Assembly: GCF_006345805.1 (NCBI RefSeq)
Contig: NC_043005.1
Location: 4,030,001 to 4,094,000, forward strand
Reading direction: 5' to 3'
DNA: 64,000 nucleotides
Source: Octopus sinensis
Taxonomy: Eukaryota
Positions within the stretch are counted from its first letter, which is position 1. Every line of letters begins with the position of its first letter. Under the pieces are notes generated by a model. It saw only the letters and a list, made by a program, of their open reading frames with translations, was not told the DNA's origin and ran no database searches. This document shows, one piece after another, positions 1-11,627 of this stretch. Position numbers and translations under genes: made by a program.

Positions 1-469
1 CTTTTGAATGAAAATAACCCATCTAAACATTTTATATATATATATTATTTCTTTCTATAATGTATAAATTTAATAATTAAATTCAAAATTTTTCACAATA
101 CTAGTCTTGAATTGAATACTGAAGCACCTTTCTGCATTTCAAATTGTCTCTGAATGTCAAATAAGAAAAGTTTTTATGAAACAATGAAAAGTTAGTGATC
201 CGGTGGAAATCAAACCCATGCCTCCTAGTTGACACATTGCTGCATTGACCTCTATGTTACAGCTACTTATCCAAAGGTATTTTAAAATCATTTTAACAGG
301 TCTCTTCTCTGAGTATAAACACTTTACCTTGAGGTACCATTGTACTGCTGCAGCCCATGATTTGCAAGTATTTCTCCCTCTTCCCCACTTTTCTCTTACT
401 TGTCTGAAATATCAGACAAAACGTTCTGTGTGTTATTCTTTTTCCTCTGAATAAGCCATAAAAAAAATG

Positions 470-1050
470 TAGTTGTCCACCCTATGTGTACTCTTTGTGG
501 GTTGCTACAACTTACTCTGGTATTGTATCTGAAGTTTCACAATCCAAACATTTCTAAATTTTACCAGAGTGAGTTTCAAACATCATTCATTGCATCACCA
601 CTTCATCATTCTTTTACAAATGTATGATCGTCTGCCCCAAATACATTTTCTGAAGATCACTCCACCATGCTTTAGTCTCATACCTTACAATCTACATAAT
701 TCATTCAAGTTTTTAAGCCTAAACATTTCTGAATTGTCTCTGAGTCTGTTTTTAATCATTACTCAGTGAATAATGGTTATATTTCTTTCACAGTCACTAT
801 CACTCAAAAACATTCTTTGAAGATCACTACACTTGGCCTTGGTGTTTTAGCTTCGGGTTTATATAATTCACTCAAGTTTTTGCATCCAAACATTCCTAAA
901 CTTTCTCTGGAATTTAATCCAAATATAATCACTACTTTATCACTCTTTCACTCCTACTCTTGATGCTATCATGAACTGACCAACGTTCAATTTTAGTTTG
1001 GGTTTTACATTGTAACTTCTAACTTTTAAACATTACATTCAATTTTGGTT
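470..1050. repeat. Degenerate tandem repeat, about 170-190 bp period
   Basis: Recurring AAGTTT..CCAAACATTTCTAAA motif near 530, 705 and 875, and TGAAGATCACT near 651 and 819. Confidence 0.5.
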
Positions 1051-1879
1051 ACACATGTTCACTAAATTCCTCATACAGTACTACCAATAATTTCTCCTCC
1101 CTTTCGGTGAATTTACAAATACAGTGCGTTTGTACATATCTCAACCTGTTTCCTACCAAAATCATTATCATTATACCATAATAGTCCTATTTTCTCTTCT
1201 ACACAATCTTTGTTTACTAATCCAATGAACATGAAGCCTGAATGTTTGTTTGAAATGAAAACAATTTCTATGTCAATCACATCATGACTGTCCTGGTCTA
1301 TTTTTGGAATGGTTCTTCCTGCTGATCCCATACTTCCTACTTTTTTTTTGTTTAACAAAAATCAATCATTTATCAGTTGAGTTTTCAATCATACAACAAG
1401 AGATGTATGGCCAATGAGGCCAAAAATACTACAACGAAAATAAATAGTCTAAAAATCAATATTATTAATTATTGAGCAAGGATTTCATTAAAACTGCAAA
1501 ACAATTAAAAAAAGAAATGCCCTTACTTCAGCTTACATAAACCCAAAATGTAGCAGAGTTGCACCAGATTAATGAATAGCAATTATATTTTCTCTCAAAA
1601 CTCCAGCTCTGAGGATCGGAAATGTCAGTTTAAGCTGAATTAAGCACATTTATAATATTTTTGTAATGCAAACTTTTGTAAGGAATACTTAATGCTGGTG
1701 GTCTGAGAATTTTTGATTTTGTTGCAGTGCCTGTGTATTTTTAACCTAACCAACCATTGTGAAAGTGTATATACGTATTTTTAGACAAAACAACCATATG
1801 GCTTATGAAATATAATTGAAACTTCATCCTGTTTTTATTAACCATTTTTTCGTACTTGTTCCTTTTTAAAATTTATTTT

Positions 1880-2075
1880 AGCTTTTGCTTGTTTAAGTCA
1901 GTGGCCTGCAGCCATTCTGGGGCACCACCTTGAAGGATTTAGTCGAATAAATTTACTCCAGAACTTATTTTTTAAATCTGGTACTTATTCTATTGATCCC
2001 TTTTGCCAAACCACAAAGATACAGGGATGTAAATAAACCAACACCAGTTGCTAAGCAGTGGTGGGTACAAACTCA
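1880..2075 (-). mobile_element. SINE family B, 3' part
   Basis: Reverse complement of the family tail (...CCAGAATGGCTGCAGGCCACTGACTTAAACAAG) seen in full copies at 33460 and 59532. Confidence 0.65.
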
Positions 2076-2104
2076 AATACACACATGAATATATATACAT
2101 ATAT

Positions 2105-2226
2105 ATAAGATAAGAAAATAGAGAGATAATTAATAAATTATTAATAATTAATAAAAAAAATTGGCAATAAATAATTTTTGATTAATAAATAATATTTTTT
2201 TAATCATTCTATTTTCTTATCTTATT
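2105..2226. repeat. AT-rich inverted repeat (hairpin element)
   Basis: ATAAGATAAGAAAATAGA ... TCTATTTTCTTATCTTAT arms within a TA tract. Confidence 0.6.
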
Positions 2227-2393
2227 ATAATAAATAAATATATATAAACCACAGTTTATATAGTTACATTGCAGTTGAGTATTAAATGCAATATTCAACA
2301 TTCTTTGTATAGGTAACCAACCATAGGACTTTGATATCCCTTAAAGAGGTTTGTAACCTTTATTTGTACTTATATATATATATACATATATAT

Positions 2394-3565
2394 CATCATC
2401 ATCATTTAACATCTGCTTTCCATGCTGGCATGGGTTGGACGGTTTGACTGAGGACAGGCGAGCCAGATGGCTGCACCAGGTTCCAATCTGATCTAACAGA
2501 GTTTCTACAGCTGGATACCCATCCTAATGCCAACCACTCAGAAAGTGTAGGGGTGCTTTCACCTGCTACTGGCACAAGAGCCAGTCAGGTGGTACTGGCA
2601 ACAGCCACATTCAAAATGTGTTTTTTATGTGCCACCTGCACAGGAGCCAGTTCAGCAGCACTGGCAACAACCTTGCCAGTAAGGCGACGCTGGTAAAGGC
2701 CACGCATGAATGGTGCTTTTTACATGCTACTGGCACAGGAGCCAGTCAGCGGCCCTGGCAACGATCATGCTCTTAGCGCTCCACTAGCACGGATGCCAGT
2801 CAGGTGGTGCTGTCATTGAATTTGATTTCGATTTCACCTGCCTCAACAGGTCTTTGCAAGCAGAGTTTAGTGTCTAATGAAGGAAAGGTATGCATGTGGG
2901 CTGGCAACACCACTGGCATAGGCCACAGGTTATGGTCTCACTTGGCTTGCCGGGTCTTCTCAAGCACAGCATATTTCCAAAGGTCTCGGTCACTAGTCAT
3001 TGCCTCCGTGAGGCCTAATGTTCAAAGGTCATGCTTCACCACTTCATCCCAGGTCTTCCTGGCTCTGCCTCTTCCATAGGTTCCTTCAACCGCTAGGGTG
3101 TGACATTTTTTCACACAGCTATCCTCATCCATTGTCGCCACATGACCATACCAGCGCAGTCGTCTCTCTTGCACACCACATCTGATGCCTCTTAGGTTCA
3201 ACTTTTCTCTCAATGCACTTACACTCTGTTGAGTATGCACACTGACATTACACATCCAGCAGAGCATACTGGCTTCATTCCTTGCAAGCTTACACATGTC
3301 CTCAGCAGTCACGGCCCATGTTTCTCTGCCATGTAGCATGGCTGTTTGTAGACATGCATCATACAGTCTACCTTTTACTCTGAGCGAGAGGCCCTTTGTC
3401 ACCAGTAGAGGTAAGAGCTCTCTGAACTTTGCCCAGGCTATTCTTATTCTAGCAGCTACACTTTCAGGGCACCCACCCCCGCTACTGACTTGGTCACCTA
3501 GGTAACGGAAGCTATCAACTACTTGTAGTTTTTTCCCTGGAATGTGGTAGAAGTTGTTCTTTGAA
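2394..3565 (-). mobile_element. RTE-clade LINE, 5'-truncated (RT C-terminal region, 3' UTR, (GAT)n tail)
   Basis: ORF 3022..3582 (VVDSFRYLG...RLRWYGHV...GRARKTW) is homologous to 49101..50801; the 3' UTR ends in (CAT)n on +. Confidence 0.9.
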
Positions 3566-3589
3566 CACACACACACACACATATATATA

Positions 3590-3848
3590 TATTGGTTTGG
3601 TGCATAATTATTGCGGCCTTTTTTTTTTCAAGAAATTTTATTCAACAAAAACAATAACAACATGTAACAAAAACATCTTTAAATGATTATTCCGGAGCAT
3701 ATTCACCATCTACTTCAATTACTGCTTCCCATTTGCTTCGCAGACGGTCAGACCATCATTTAAAGATGTTTTTGTGAAATAGTGTTTTTGTTTTTGCTGA
3801 ATAATATTTGTTGAAAAAAAGCCACAATAATTATGCACCAACCCAATA
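3590..3848 (-). mobile_element. Non-autonomous mariner derivative
   Basis: TA-flanked TIRs TTGGTTTGGTGCATAATTATTGCGGC / GCCACAATAATTATGCACCAACCCAA; internal minus-strand peptide DRLRSKWEAVIEVDGEYAPE* resembles a mariner transposase C-terminus. Confidence 0.85.
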
Positions 3849-3869
3849 CATATGTACACACACAAACAC

Positions 3870-4015
3870 AACAAGCTTGTACACAGTTTCTGCCTACTAA
3901 ATTCACTCACAGGGTATTGGTTGGGTTGGGGCTATAGTAGAAGACATTTGCTCAAGGTGCTGCACTGTGAGACTGAGCCTGAATGATTGCAAAGGGGGCT
4001 TCTTGACCACATAGT
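3870..4015 (-). mobile_element. SINE family B, 5' part
   Basis: GGCTATAGTAGAAGACATTTGCTCAAGGTGC is the reverse complement of the CORE-like block. Confidence 0.65.
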
Positions 4016-4159
4016 CATTTATTCTCATTTTCTATTGTTTCTGTCTCCAAGTTATATTCCTTATGTTTAATTTAAACTAAAGTATTATCCGTCATATGAT
4101 GGCTATGTCTGGAAGTATACTTTTGCCACCATGGTTGTTAATATCAGGAAATATGGCAT

Positions 4160-4395
4160 ACTCTTTTACTCTTTTATTTGTTTCAGTCTTTTGACTGCAG
4201 CCATGCTGGAGCACTGCCTTTAGTCGAACAAATCGCCTAGTACTTATGCTATCATTCTCTTTTGCTGAGCCGCTAAGTTACAGGGATGTAAACACACCAG
4301 GATTGCTTGTCAAGCGATCGTGGGGGAACAAACACAGACACCCACACATATATATACGACGGGCTTCTTTCAGTTTCTGTCAACCAAATATTCAT
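4160..4395 (-). mobile_element. SINE family B, 3' part
   Basis: Matches 29395-29640. Confidence 0.75.
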
Positions 4396-4887
4396 TATGT
4401 TTGACCTAGGGGTAAACCATAACATATCAACTTTAATAATGACTTTGTCACAGTACAAACATTTAACATCTCTAAATTATAACAACGTTATTATTACGAA
4501 CTATATATGTCCATTGCAGGATTTGAACTTTTAATACTTCAATTAGTTTGCAACACATTATCTCAGTCTCTGACATTTATTTTAATGATATAGTGCAATG
4601 ATGAAACAACAAGGTGAGCCTTGCACAATTTCAATGCTGAAAACAAAGACACCAAACATGAAACGGCTTTCATTTCATCACCCCATCACTGGTGTCAGAG
4701 GATTTTCTGCAAATCTCAACAATGAGCAACCAGTTATCTGACCAACTGAATTCTTACTCATGGAATTAACTCCTGGCTGAGTATTCCATCATGGAAAGAA
4801 GCAAGGAGGACCCAGTCATAGCAAGCCAGTCATTGTTCCTCTGTTCTAAAACTTTTTAAGCTAGAAGTCTAACACACTATGAAAAGG

Positions 4888-5020
4888 TATCTGGCCTAGT
4901 GGTGAGGCAACTGGGCTCTCAATCATAAAGTCATGGGTTTGATTTCCAGCCATGGTTGTGCATTGTTTCTTTGGGCAAGGCATTTTGTTTCATGTTGCTT
5001 CAGTCCACTGGCAAATATGA
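4888..5020 (+). mobile_element. tRNA-derived SINE (family D) fragment
   Basis: Box A-like TGGCCTAGTGG, degraded box B, TTGGGCAAGG block; related to 46410-46690. Confidence 0.55.
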
Positions 5021-5131
5021 GTATTAAGACTGAAGAAACTATTTTTAGTGGTGGATTTTGAAGTAAATAAAGCTATAAATAACAGCATATAAAAATACTG
5101 GGTTTTTTAACTCGATATTCTACATGAATAG

Positions 5132-5374
5132 GGCAGCGAGCTGACAGAATCATTAGCATGCTGGGTGAAATGCTTAACTGTATTTCATCTGCCCTTACGT
5201 TCTGAGTTCAAATTCCACCAAGGATGACTTTGCCTTTCATCCTATCAGGGTCGATTAAATAAGTACCAGTTAGGTACTGGGGTCAATGTAATCATCTTAA
5301 TCCTTTTGTCTGTCTTTATTTGTCCCCTCCATGTTTAGCCCCTTGTGGGCAATAAAATTTTTTTTTTTAAATAA
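5132..5374 (+). mobile_element. tRNA-derived SINE family A, full length with 17-bp TSD
   Basis: Head GGCAGCGAGCTGACAGAATC, box B GAGTTCAAATTCC, central GCCTTTCATCC...AAGTACCAG; TSD ATATTCTACATGAATAG at 5115-5131 and 5375-5391. Confidence 0.9.
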
Positions 5375-6589
5375 ATATTCTACATGAATAGCAAAAAGTT
5401 GAAAACCCTAACTGTCATCTATAAACATGACAGACATGCTAACCATTACACCAAAGCAGCTCTTCAAATCTTTTCCATACATTTTTGAAACTTCAGTCTT
5501 ACCTGTGAGAATTGTAAGATGTTCACACTAAAAGAATTTAGTGACTTTGGGAGGTATGAAGTGAATTAGTTTTACTGGTGGAACTTGAAGTGGGTAATGG
5601 TCAAACTATTATTTATAACTTTATCTACTTTGAGTTCTGTCATTGAAAATAATATACTTCAACGCTAAGTTTCTAAATTCTTATAAGTACTAAGACTGAC
5701 AGAGTGACCGATCAGCATCAAAAGAGTATGGTAGCCACTAATAGTGGTTATGGCTAAAAGGCCTTCAAACAAGGAGAGGACATGTCCAGCAGTGGGTTTC
5801 TATATCAATGTCTTTGCTTTGACATACTTTTGGATTGATAAGCTGTATCTCTTTTCCAATTAAGCTTTAGTTGTAAAAAAAAATGCCAAAACATTTTGTA
5901 AATGAAGCATCTTACCCAAAACATGCCTGATTTCCTCTCCTTTTCATTTCTCTTGATATTCATTTATTCATATCTGAGACAAGCTGTCTCTTTACTTCTT
6001 CTCCTTTTGCCTTCTCATTAAATCACTTTTCATTTCTAAAGCTTTTATTATTCATTTCTTGTTTTCCTTTGAATCTTTTGCATTAATTTTTTTTTAGCTT
6101 TTATTTTTCTAACTCACTATTCCTTATTTCCATATTTTTTTCCTTTTAATCTTCATTTCCCCACCCCCCTTCTTATCCCACTCCCTTCAGACAGCCGTAC
6201 GGAAATAGTTCTTTTAGTTCTTCCTGTGTTAACATGTGAATCTTCAATAGAGACAACAGCATTATATCTGTTATTATAACAATCCCCCAGTCAATTCAAA
6301 TGCCACAAAATCTGCTGAAACTTGTAATAGCTGAGATGAGTACAGCATAAATTTAGTCAGTAATAGCATCCAGTCATCACGGTGAACATTGAGAGATGTC
6401 GCCGAAGAGCAGACATCCATTCTTTGATTACAGACAGTATTTGTATTACACTAAGCCCCCCGAAAGATCAAAAGGCAGCAAAAAAATAATGTATACATAC
6501 CGACGTAACTTCACCACATATTCAACACATATATAGGCACACACATACAAACACACACAGTGACAAGAGGTTGTAAGAAACTCTCAAGA

Positions 6590-6800
6590 AAGCTGGCAGA
6601 TTCATAAGCACATTAAATAAAATGCATAGTGGTATTTTTTTCTTCAGGCATTTTAAGTTCTGAGTTCAAATCCTGTTGTGGCCAACTTTGCCTTTCAGGG
6701 TTGATGAAATAAAGTACCAGTGAAGTACTTGGGTTGATGTAATTGACTAACCCTTTCCCACTAAAAGTACTGACCTTGCACCCATATTTATTATTGTTAT
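6590..6800 (+). mobile_element. SINE family A, degraded
   Basis: TCTGAGTTCAAATCC...CTTTGCCTTTC...AAGTACCAG. Confidence 0.7.
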
Positions 6801-6844
6801 TATTCATATACACTCAACAGATTAGACAGTTGGAAAAGAAAAGA

Positions 6845-7015
6845 ATCCTAACATCAAGCTACAACAAGTTGCCTTAGATGTCAAGAACCCTCCTAAAGAT
6901 CCTAGCTGTCCCTAATAACAGTTTTTTTGTGCTGTACTAAACTGGGTGTTTATGCCTATTTCTTCTATCCATCTGTTCATATCTTTAAGGATAGTTCCCA
7001 ATGCACCTATAACAT
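6845..7015 (-). mobile_element. R4/Dong-clade LINE 3' fragment, copy 1
   Basis: Minus strand reads VIGALGTI..W..IG and, after a frameshift, LLGTARI.RRVL, the C-terminus of RLE-type ORFs. Confidence 0.75.
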
Positions 7016-7026
7016 TTTACCCACAG

Positions 7027-7572
7027 TATTATTATTTATTGCCTTTGCACAGCTTCTAATGCTAGAGATGTACTACAGTGTCAGATGTTCACTACAATTG
7101 AACTAAGGTAACACCTCTTATTTTTCGAGCACCTTCCAGAGTATTCAAGCAGTTCTAAGCTGTGCTGTTTTCTGCAAGTGCTCCACCCTTATTGCAACCC
7201 CTATTTGTTCCATGTATTTCTTGAGGTTTTAACTCACTGTTCCCAGGTTCCAACAATTATTGGTACTACTACCACCTTTTTCATCGACCATAACTGCTTT
7301 ACCTCCCAAGCTAACCTGTCATACCTATCGACTTTTCTTTCTTCATTATCGCATACCTTGCTGTCAGCTAGGCATGCTATGTCTATGATCCAGCATCATT
7401 TGCTTTCTTTCTCAATTAAGACTATGTCTGGCTTCCTATTCTCTATCTCATGATCGCACTGAATTATAAAATCCCACAGGATCTTTGCATTATCATTTTC
7501 AATGATGCCTTCAGGTTTGTGTTTGCACCAATTTTTTCTTCTGTCAACTCCATACTTATTGAAAAGTGTCCA
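7027..7572 (-). mobile_element. R4/Dong-clade LINE 3' fragment with restriction-like endonuclease
   Basis: Manual translation KILWDFIIQCDHEIENRKPDIVLIEK..IIDIAC...KVDRYDRL..VVVPIIVG gives the PD-(D/E) RLE motif with stops; flanked by (TAA)n. Confidence 0.85.
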
Positions 7573-7617
7573 ATTATTATATTATTATTATTATTATCAT
7601 CATTATTATTATTATAG

Positions 7618-7774
7618 ATGCCTACACAATTATCTGTGTAGTTGTGCATGTGTTCTTTTTTTGTAAGAATATGATGTATACACCCGTCATCATCATCATC
7701 ATCATGGGTGTATACATCATATTTCTATAAACAGGAACATATACACAACTACATATTTATGATTGTGTAGGCAT
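7618..7774. repeat. Inverted repeat with (CAT)n loop
   Basis: ATGCCTACACAAT...GATGTATACACCC / GGGTGTATACATC...ATTGTGTAGGCAT. Confidence 0.8.
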
Positions 7775-7883
7775 ATATATATATAACGGGAAGCTTTATG
7801 AAAATAAACAAAAGACGAAGGCAGGTGGAAGACAAACGAACAATTGTATTAGTATGGCGCTCAGGAAATATAAATAAAACAAG

Positions 7884-7921
7884 TCTTTAACGTTTCGAGC
7901 CTACGCTCTTCAACAGAAAGA
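7884..7921 (-). ncRNA. Minimal hammerhead-like motif (CUGUUGA variant) in a Penelope-type repeat (~7786-8090)
   Basis: Minus strand TCTTT-CTGTTGA-A-GAGC-GTAG-GCTC-GAAAC-GTT-AAAGA gives stem I, core, stem II and palindromic stem III. Confidence 0.7.
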
Positions 7922-8589
7922 TACACAGAGAGAGAAAAACACAGAAAGAAGGAGAGAAAAAAAATGCGTGCAGTAGCTAACGAATCAACATGGCGATCTG
8001 ATTTCGGCCAGAGGTCAAATATCAAACATGAGACGCGAGAGCGAAATAAGGGGAGATAATAGGGTTGATAAAAGGGTTGAGTGACCAGCTAAATATATAT
8101 ATACATATATATATATATATGTATATATAATAGACACCTATGCATGTGTGAGCGTGTGTGTAAGTTATGTTATGTATGTGTGCATACATGTATATACATG
8201 CACACATATGTTTATGTATACACACCCATACACACACACACACACAATTGAGATGGTGAGTTTATTACACTTTTTCTTCCATTTTTTTCAATATTACATT
8301 TTCGAGTCTTCAGTCTTGACTGAAAACTTGTAAAAAATGGTAGAATATCTCATGGCAGAAAATGATAAAGAATGGTAAAGTACCTTATGGTAGAGACAGA
8401 GAAATGTGTCCTGTCAACAGTAAAATAACTTCTCTTTATTTATTTTGCTTTCAAAATTCCTCACAAGAAGAGAAGACTAAAAATATGATAACTCTAATAA
8501 AAATGAAATATTAAATGAAAGACATAGAAAGACAATAAAGAAAATGAAAGAAGGAAAAGAGGAATAAAATATAAGAAGGCTGTTTAATG

Positions 8590-8829
8590 AAGGGAAATGG
8601 AAGAGAAAGACTTAGTATATAGAGGTAGAGAGAGAGAGAGAGAAATGAACGAGAGGTAGGAGACAGATAGAGAGATTGAGAAAGAAAGAGCAAGAGAGAG
8701 TGGAGGACTGAGTGAGAGAGAAGGAGAGAAACAGGAAAAGAGAAACAGAAACACACACACAGATAGAGAGAGAGATACAAAGAAAGAGAGGGAGAGAGAA
8801 AGAGACAGAGATAGAGAGGCAGAAATAGA
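8590..8829. repeat. GA-rich low-complexity tract
   Basis: Degenerate (GA)n. Confidence 0.8.
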
Positions 8830-9572
8830 TGTGTTGTCAGACGGGTTTGTCCAAGGTGTGCGCAGAGTGAGAAAACCGTTCTGTACGCCCTCGTTCAGTG
8901 TCCAGGCATTGCAGATTTGTAGGGTTGTGTCAAACAGCTGCTGTCACATGTGGGATGGATCCATCTGTTGGCCAAGTCTGTAGTGATGATCACACCACCA
9001 TCCTCCTTCAATTGGGCAGGCAAGGCAGTTTTCCTTTTCCTGGTGGCTGTGATGAAAGAAAGTGTTTGCTGGACAAGGCTGAAAGGCACGAGGACAGATC
9101 CATTCCTCTTTGGTAGAGCTCTCATTGACTTCTTCAAGTTTCATTTGAAAAGGAAATTGAGAGTGGAGAGAGAAGTGCTGTCCTTGAGTGAGTTTATTAT
9201 TGTAAGGTGAGTGAAAGTTGCGAAAGTGGCAAGAGTCGATGGTACCTCTCTAAGTGTAGACCTGTGAGTCAGAGAAAAGGAATTGGAGAAGGCACTTGCT
9301 CTTGGAGTTTCAGGGAAATCTTGGACAGCGGGGTTCCTCGATTATCCCTAAAGGCATTTCTGTATCGGGAGGGCCACATCTCTATCATCCTCCCCGACAC
9401 GTTTTTTTTTTGTTAGCCTTTTTATGCTATGCATATGTCCCTTCTTTTCCAGTGTATGCTTACTTTCTTGCTTACCTTTTTTTTATCATTTCATTATATG
9501 TAAACTCCCACACTTTATGTCTGTCGTTGTATTGTCCCCCTCATCCTTCACCATTGTGGCAAGTAAATGAAA
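8830..9572 (+). mobile_element. Tx1/L1-clade LINE 3' fragment
   Basis: Frame from 8848 reads CPRCAQSEKTVLYALVQCPGIADL*, a decayed CCHC knuckle, and continues into ORF 8950..9210; a T-rich 3' UTR follows and ends at (ATT)n. Confidence 0.7.
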
Positions 9573-9573
9573 G

Positions 9574-9612
<39 letters not shown>

Positions 9613-9624
9613 GGTGGTGGTGAA

Positions 9625-10060
9625 TTGGCACAGAAAAAATACTTTGTGGTATTTTTCTTGCTCTACATTCTGGTTCCAAAATCCCACTGAAGTCAATTCT
9701 ATCTTTCATCCTTTTGGGGTCAATGAAAAAAGTACCAGTTACAAACTGGTGTCAATGAAACCAACTAGCTCCCTCCCCTCAAATGTCAGGCCTTGTGCCT
9801 ATAGTAGAAAAGATTACTATTATTATTGTTGCAGTAACCCAGCAGAACAATTAGCAGATTGGACAAAATGCATAGTGACATTTCTTTCTTGTGGTTCCTT
9901 ATGTTCTGAGTTCAAATTCTGCCAAGGTCAATTTAGCCTTTTATTTTTTGGAGGAGGATGGTCAACAAAGTAAGAGCCAGTCAAGTTCTGGGGTCAATAT
10001 ATTCAACTTGCCCCTCCACTTAAAATTGCTGGCTTGTGCCAAAATTTGATACTATAATAA
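9625..10060 (+). mobile_element. Two adjacent degraded family A SINEs
   Basis: CTTTCATCCTTTTGGGGTCAAT..AGTACCAG and TTCTGAGTTCAAATTCTGCCAAGGTC. Confidence 0.65.
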
Positions 10061-10972
10061 TATTTAGTGTTGTTGTTGCTATAATTAAAGTCTTATCAGT
10101 CTCCTTGTGTTTTTAGGGTTTAATCTCAAAAGAAAAAGTGTTTCCATTCCTGTACAGAAGCTAGCTGCTTGTGAACAGGAATGTAGTACATGTGTACTAA
10201 GATGGCAAGGAATATCTTTATGCGTAAATAACCTGACTCATATTAAGGCTCAAATCCTCTTACTCAGTGCCTTCTGGTGGCTTATTTTCTTCCTTTATAA
10301 AATGATTACTCATGTCTAACTATTTATTCTGCTTAAGAAATTTGAAAAATAAATTTCAAAAGCTAAACAAATAATGACACTGAAATCTATTTTGTACATG
10401 CAAATGTCCTAATATTACAACTGCATCAGAGTAAAATTGAAATTTTAACTTTAAAAAAGATTATATTATGTCAAGATGTGGAGATCAAATAATCTGAAAG
10501 TAGTTCGGATATTATAGTGCTAGTATAGTTATAGAAATAAGAATTGGATTAGATTAGAGTGGAACTGAATAACCTAATGAAACGTGTACTCATTCTGGTT
10601 CTAATTCTTCATTTTGTCTTAAAGGCATGTCAGTTCATTGCAATATTAGACACCTGTCAGTCTTTTTGCCTTTTAAGATATTTGCCCTGCAGAAAAAAAT
10701 CAGTTCCATTCCTGTAAATAAGCAAGCTAGTTGTGTTCTAAGATGGCCACCAACATTTTTCAAGTGAAAATAATTGCAAATTTCTTTGTTAAATACAACT
10801 GTTGTTCAACCCGTGCTAGCATGGAAAGCGGACGATAAACAATGATAATGATGATGATGACGAACTGATTTGTTATTCATCATCTTTAAGGAAGGACAAA
10901 TGAAACTTGATTTAGCAATGAAGGGAAAAACCTAAGTTTCCCACACGCACTTACATGTATGCGGGTGTGTAA

Positions 10973-11210
10973 ATTATTTACATTTGACAGATATTTGTCC
11001 TCATCTTGTTTGTTGTTAACATGTTTCAGCTGATATACCCTCCAGCCTTCTTTAGGTGTCTTGGGGAAATTTCGAACCTGGGTTCTCATTCCTATGGTAT
11101 CTTTCGATGTTGTTGTTGTTGTTATTATTATTATTGTTTAGGTCACTACTTGGAATTGAACTCAGAATCTTGGGGTTAGCAGCCTGCGCTCTTAACCACT
11201 ATGCCATATG
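10973..11210 (-). mobile_element. tRNA-headed element with hammerhead-like 3' module (family C), left copy
   Basis: Reverse complement of 11211-11570; core decayed to CTAAAGA...GAAAC. Confidence 0.85.
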
Positions 11211-11344
11211 TGCATGGCGTAGTGGTTAAGAGCGCGGGCTACTAACCCCAAGATTCCAAGTTCAATTCCAAGCAGTGACCTGAACAACAACAACAGCAGC
11301 AGCAGCAGCAACAACAACAAAAGCAGCAGCAGCGGCAGCAACAA

Positions 11345-11388
<44 letters not shown>

Positions 11389-11599
11389 ACAGCAGCAGCA
11401 GCAACAACAACAACAACAGCAACAACAACGAAAATACTTTAGGAATGAGAACCCAGGTTCGAAATTTCCTCAAGACACCTGATGAAGGCTGGAGGGTAGA
11501 TCAGCCAAAATGTTGTGTTAACAACAAACAAGATGAGGACAAATATTTGTCTAATGTAAATAATGTACATAATTCGTCATCTCTTAAATATAGAACTGT
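11211..11599 (+). mobile_element. tRNA-headed element with hammerhead-like 3' module (family C), right copy
   Basis: Box A TGGCGTAGTGG, arm GGG-CTACTAA-CCC, box B-like GTTCAATTCC, (CAA/CAG)n, then GACAC-CTGATGA-A-GGCTG...CAGCC-AAAATGTT-GTGTT. Confidence 0.85.
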
Positions 11600-11627
11600 A
11601 TGTGAGTGTGTGTTTGGATGTATACAT

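Noticed and set aside
1113-1358. 81-aa minus-strand ORF with protein-like composition
   Set aside because: No recognisable domain and no convincing splice acceptor; it would need BLASTx or RNA-seq support.
5498-5640. Minus-strand CAG/GTAAG donor-like site
   Set aside because: All upstream frames contain nearby stops and no partner exon was found.
6191-6460. Possible exon after a polypyrimidine tract and CAG
   Set aside because: All three frames stop within about 30 codons and I recognise no homology; a UTR exon cannot be excluded.
11211-11284. Possible tRNA gene (also 17865 and 38650)
   Set aside because: No complete acceptor stem; each head runs into a repeat body, so these are SINE heads.
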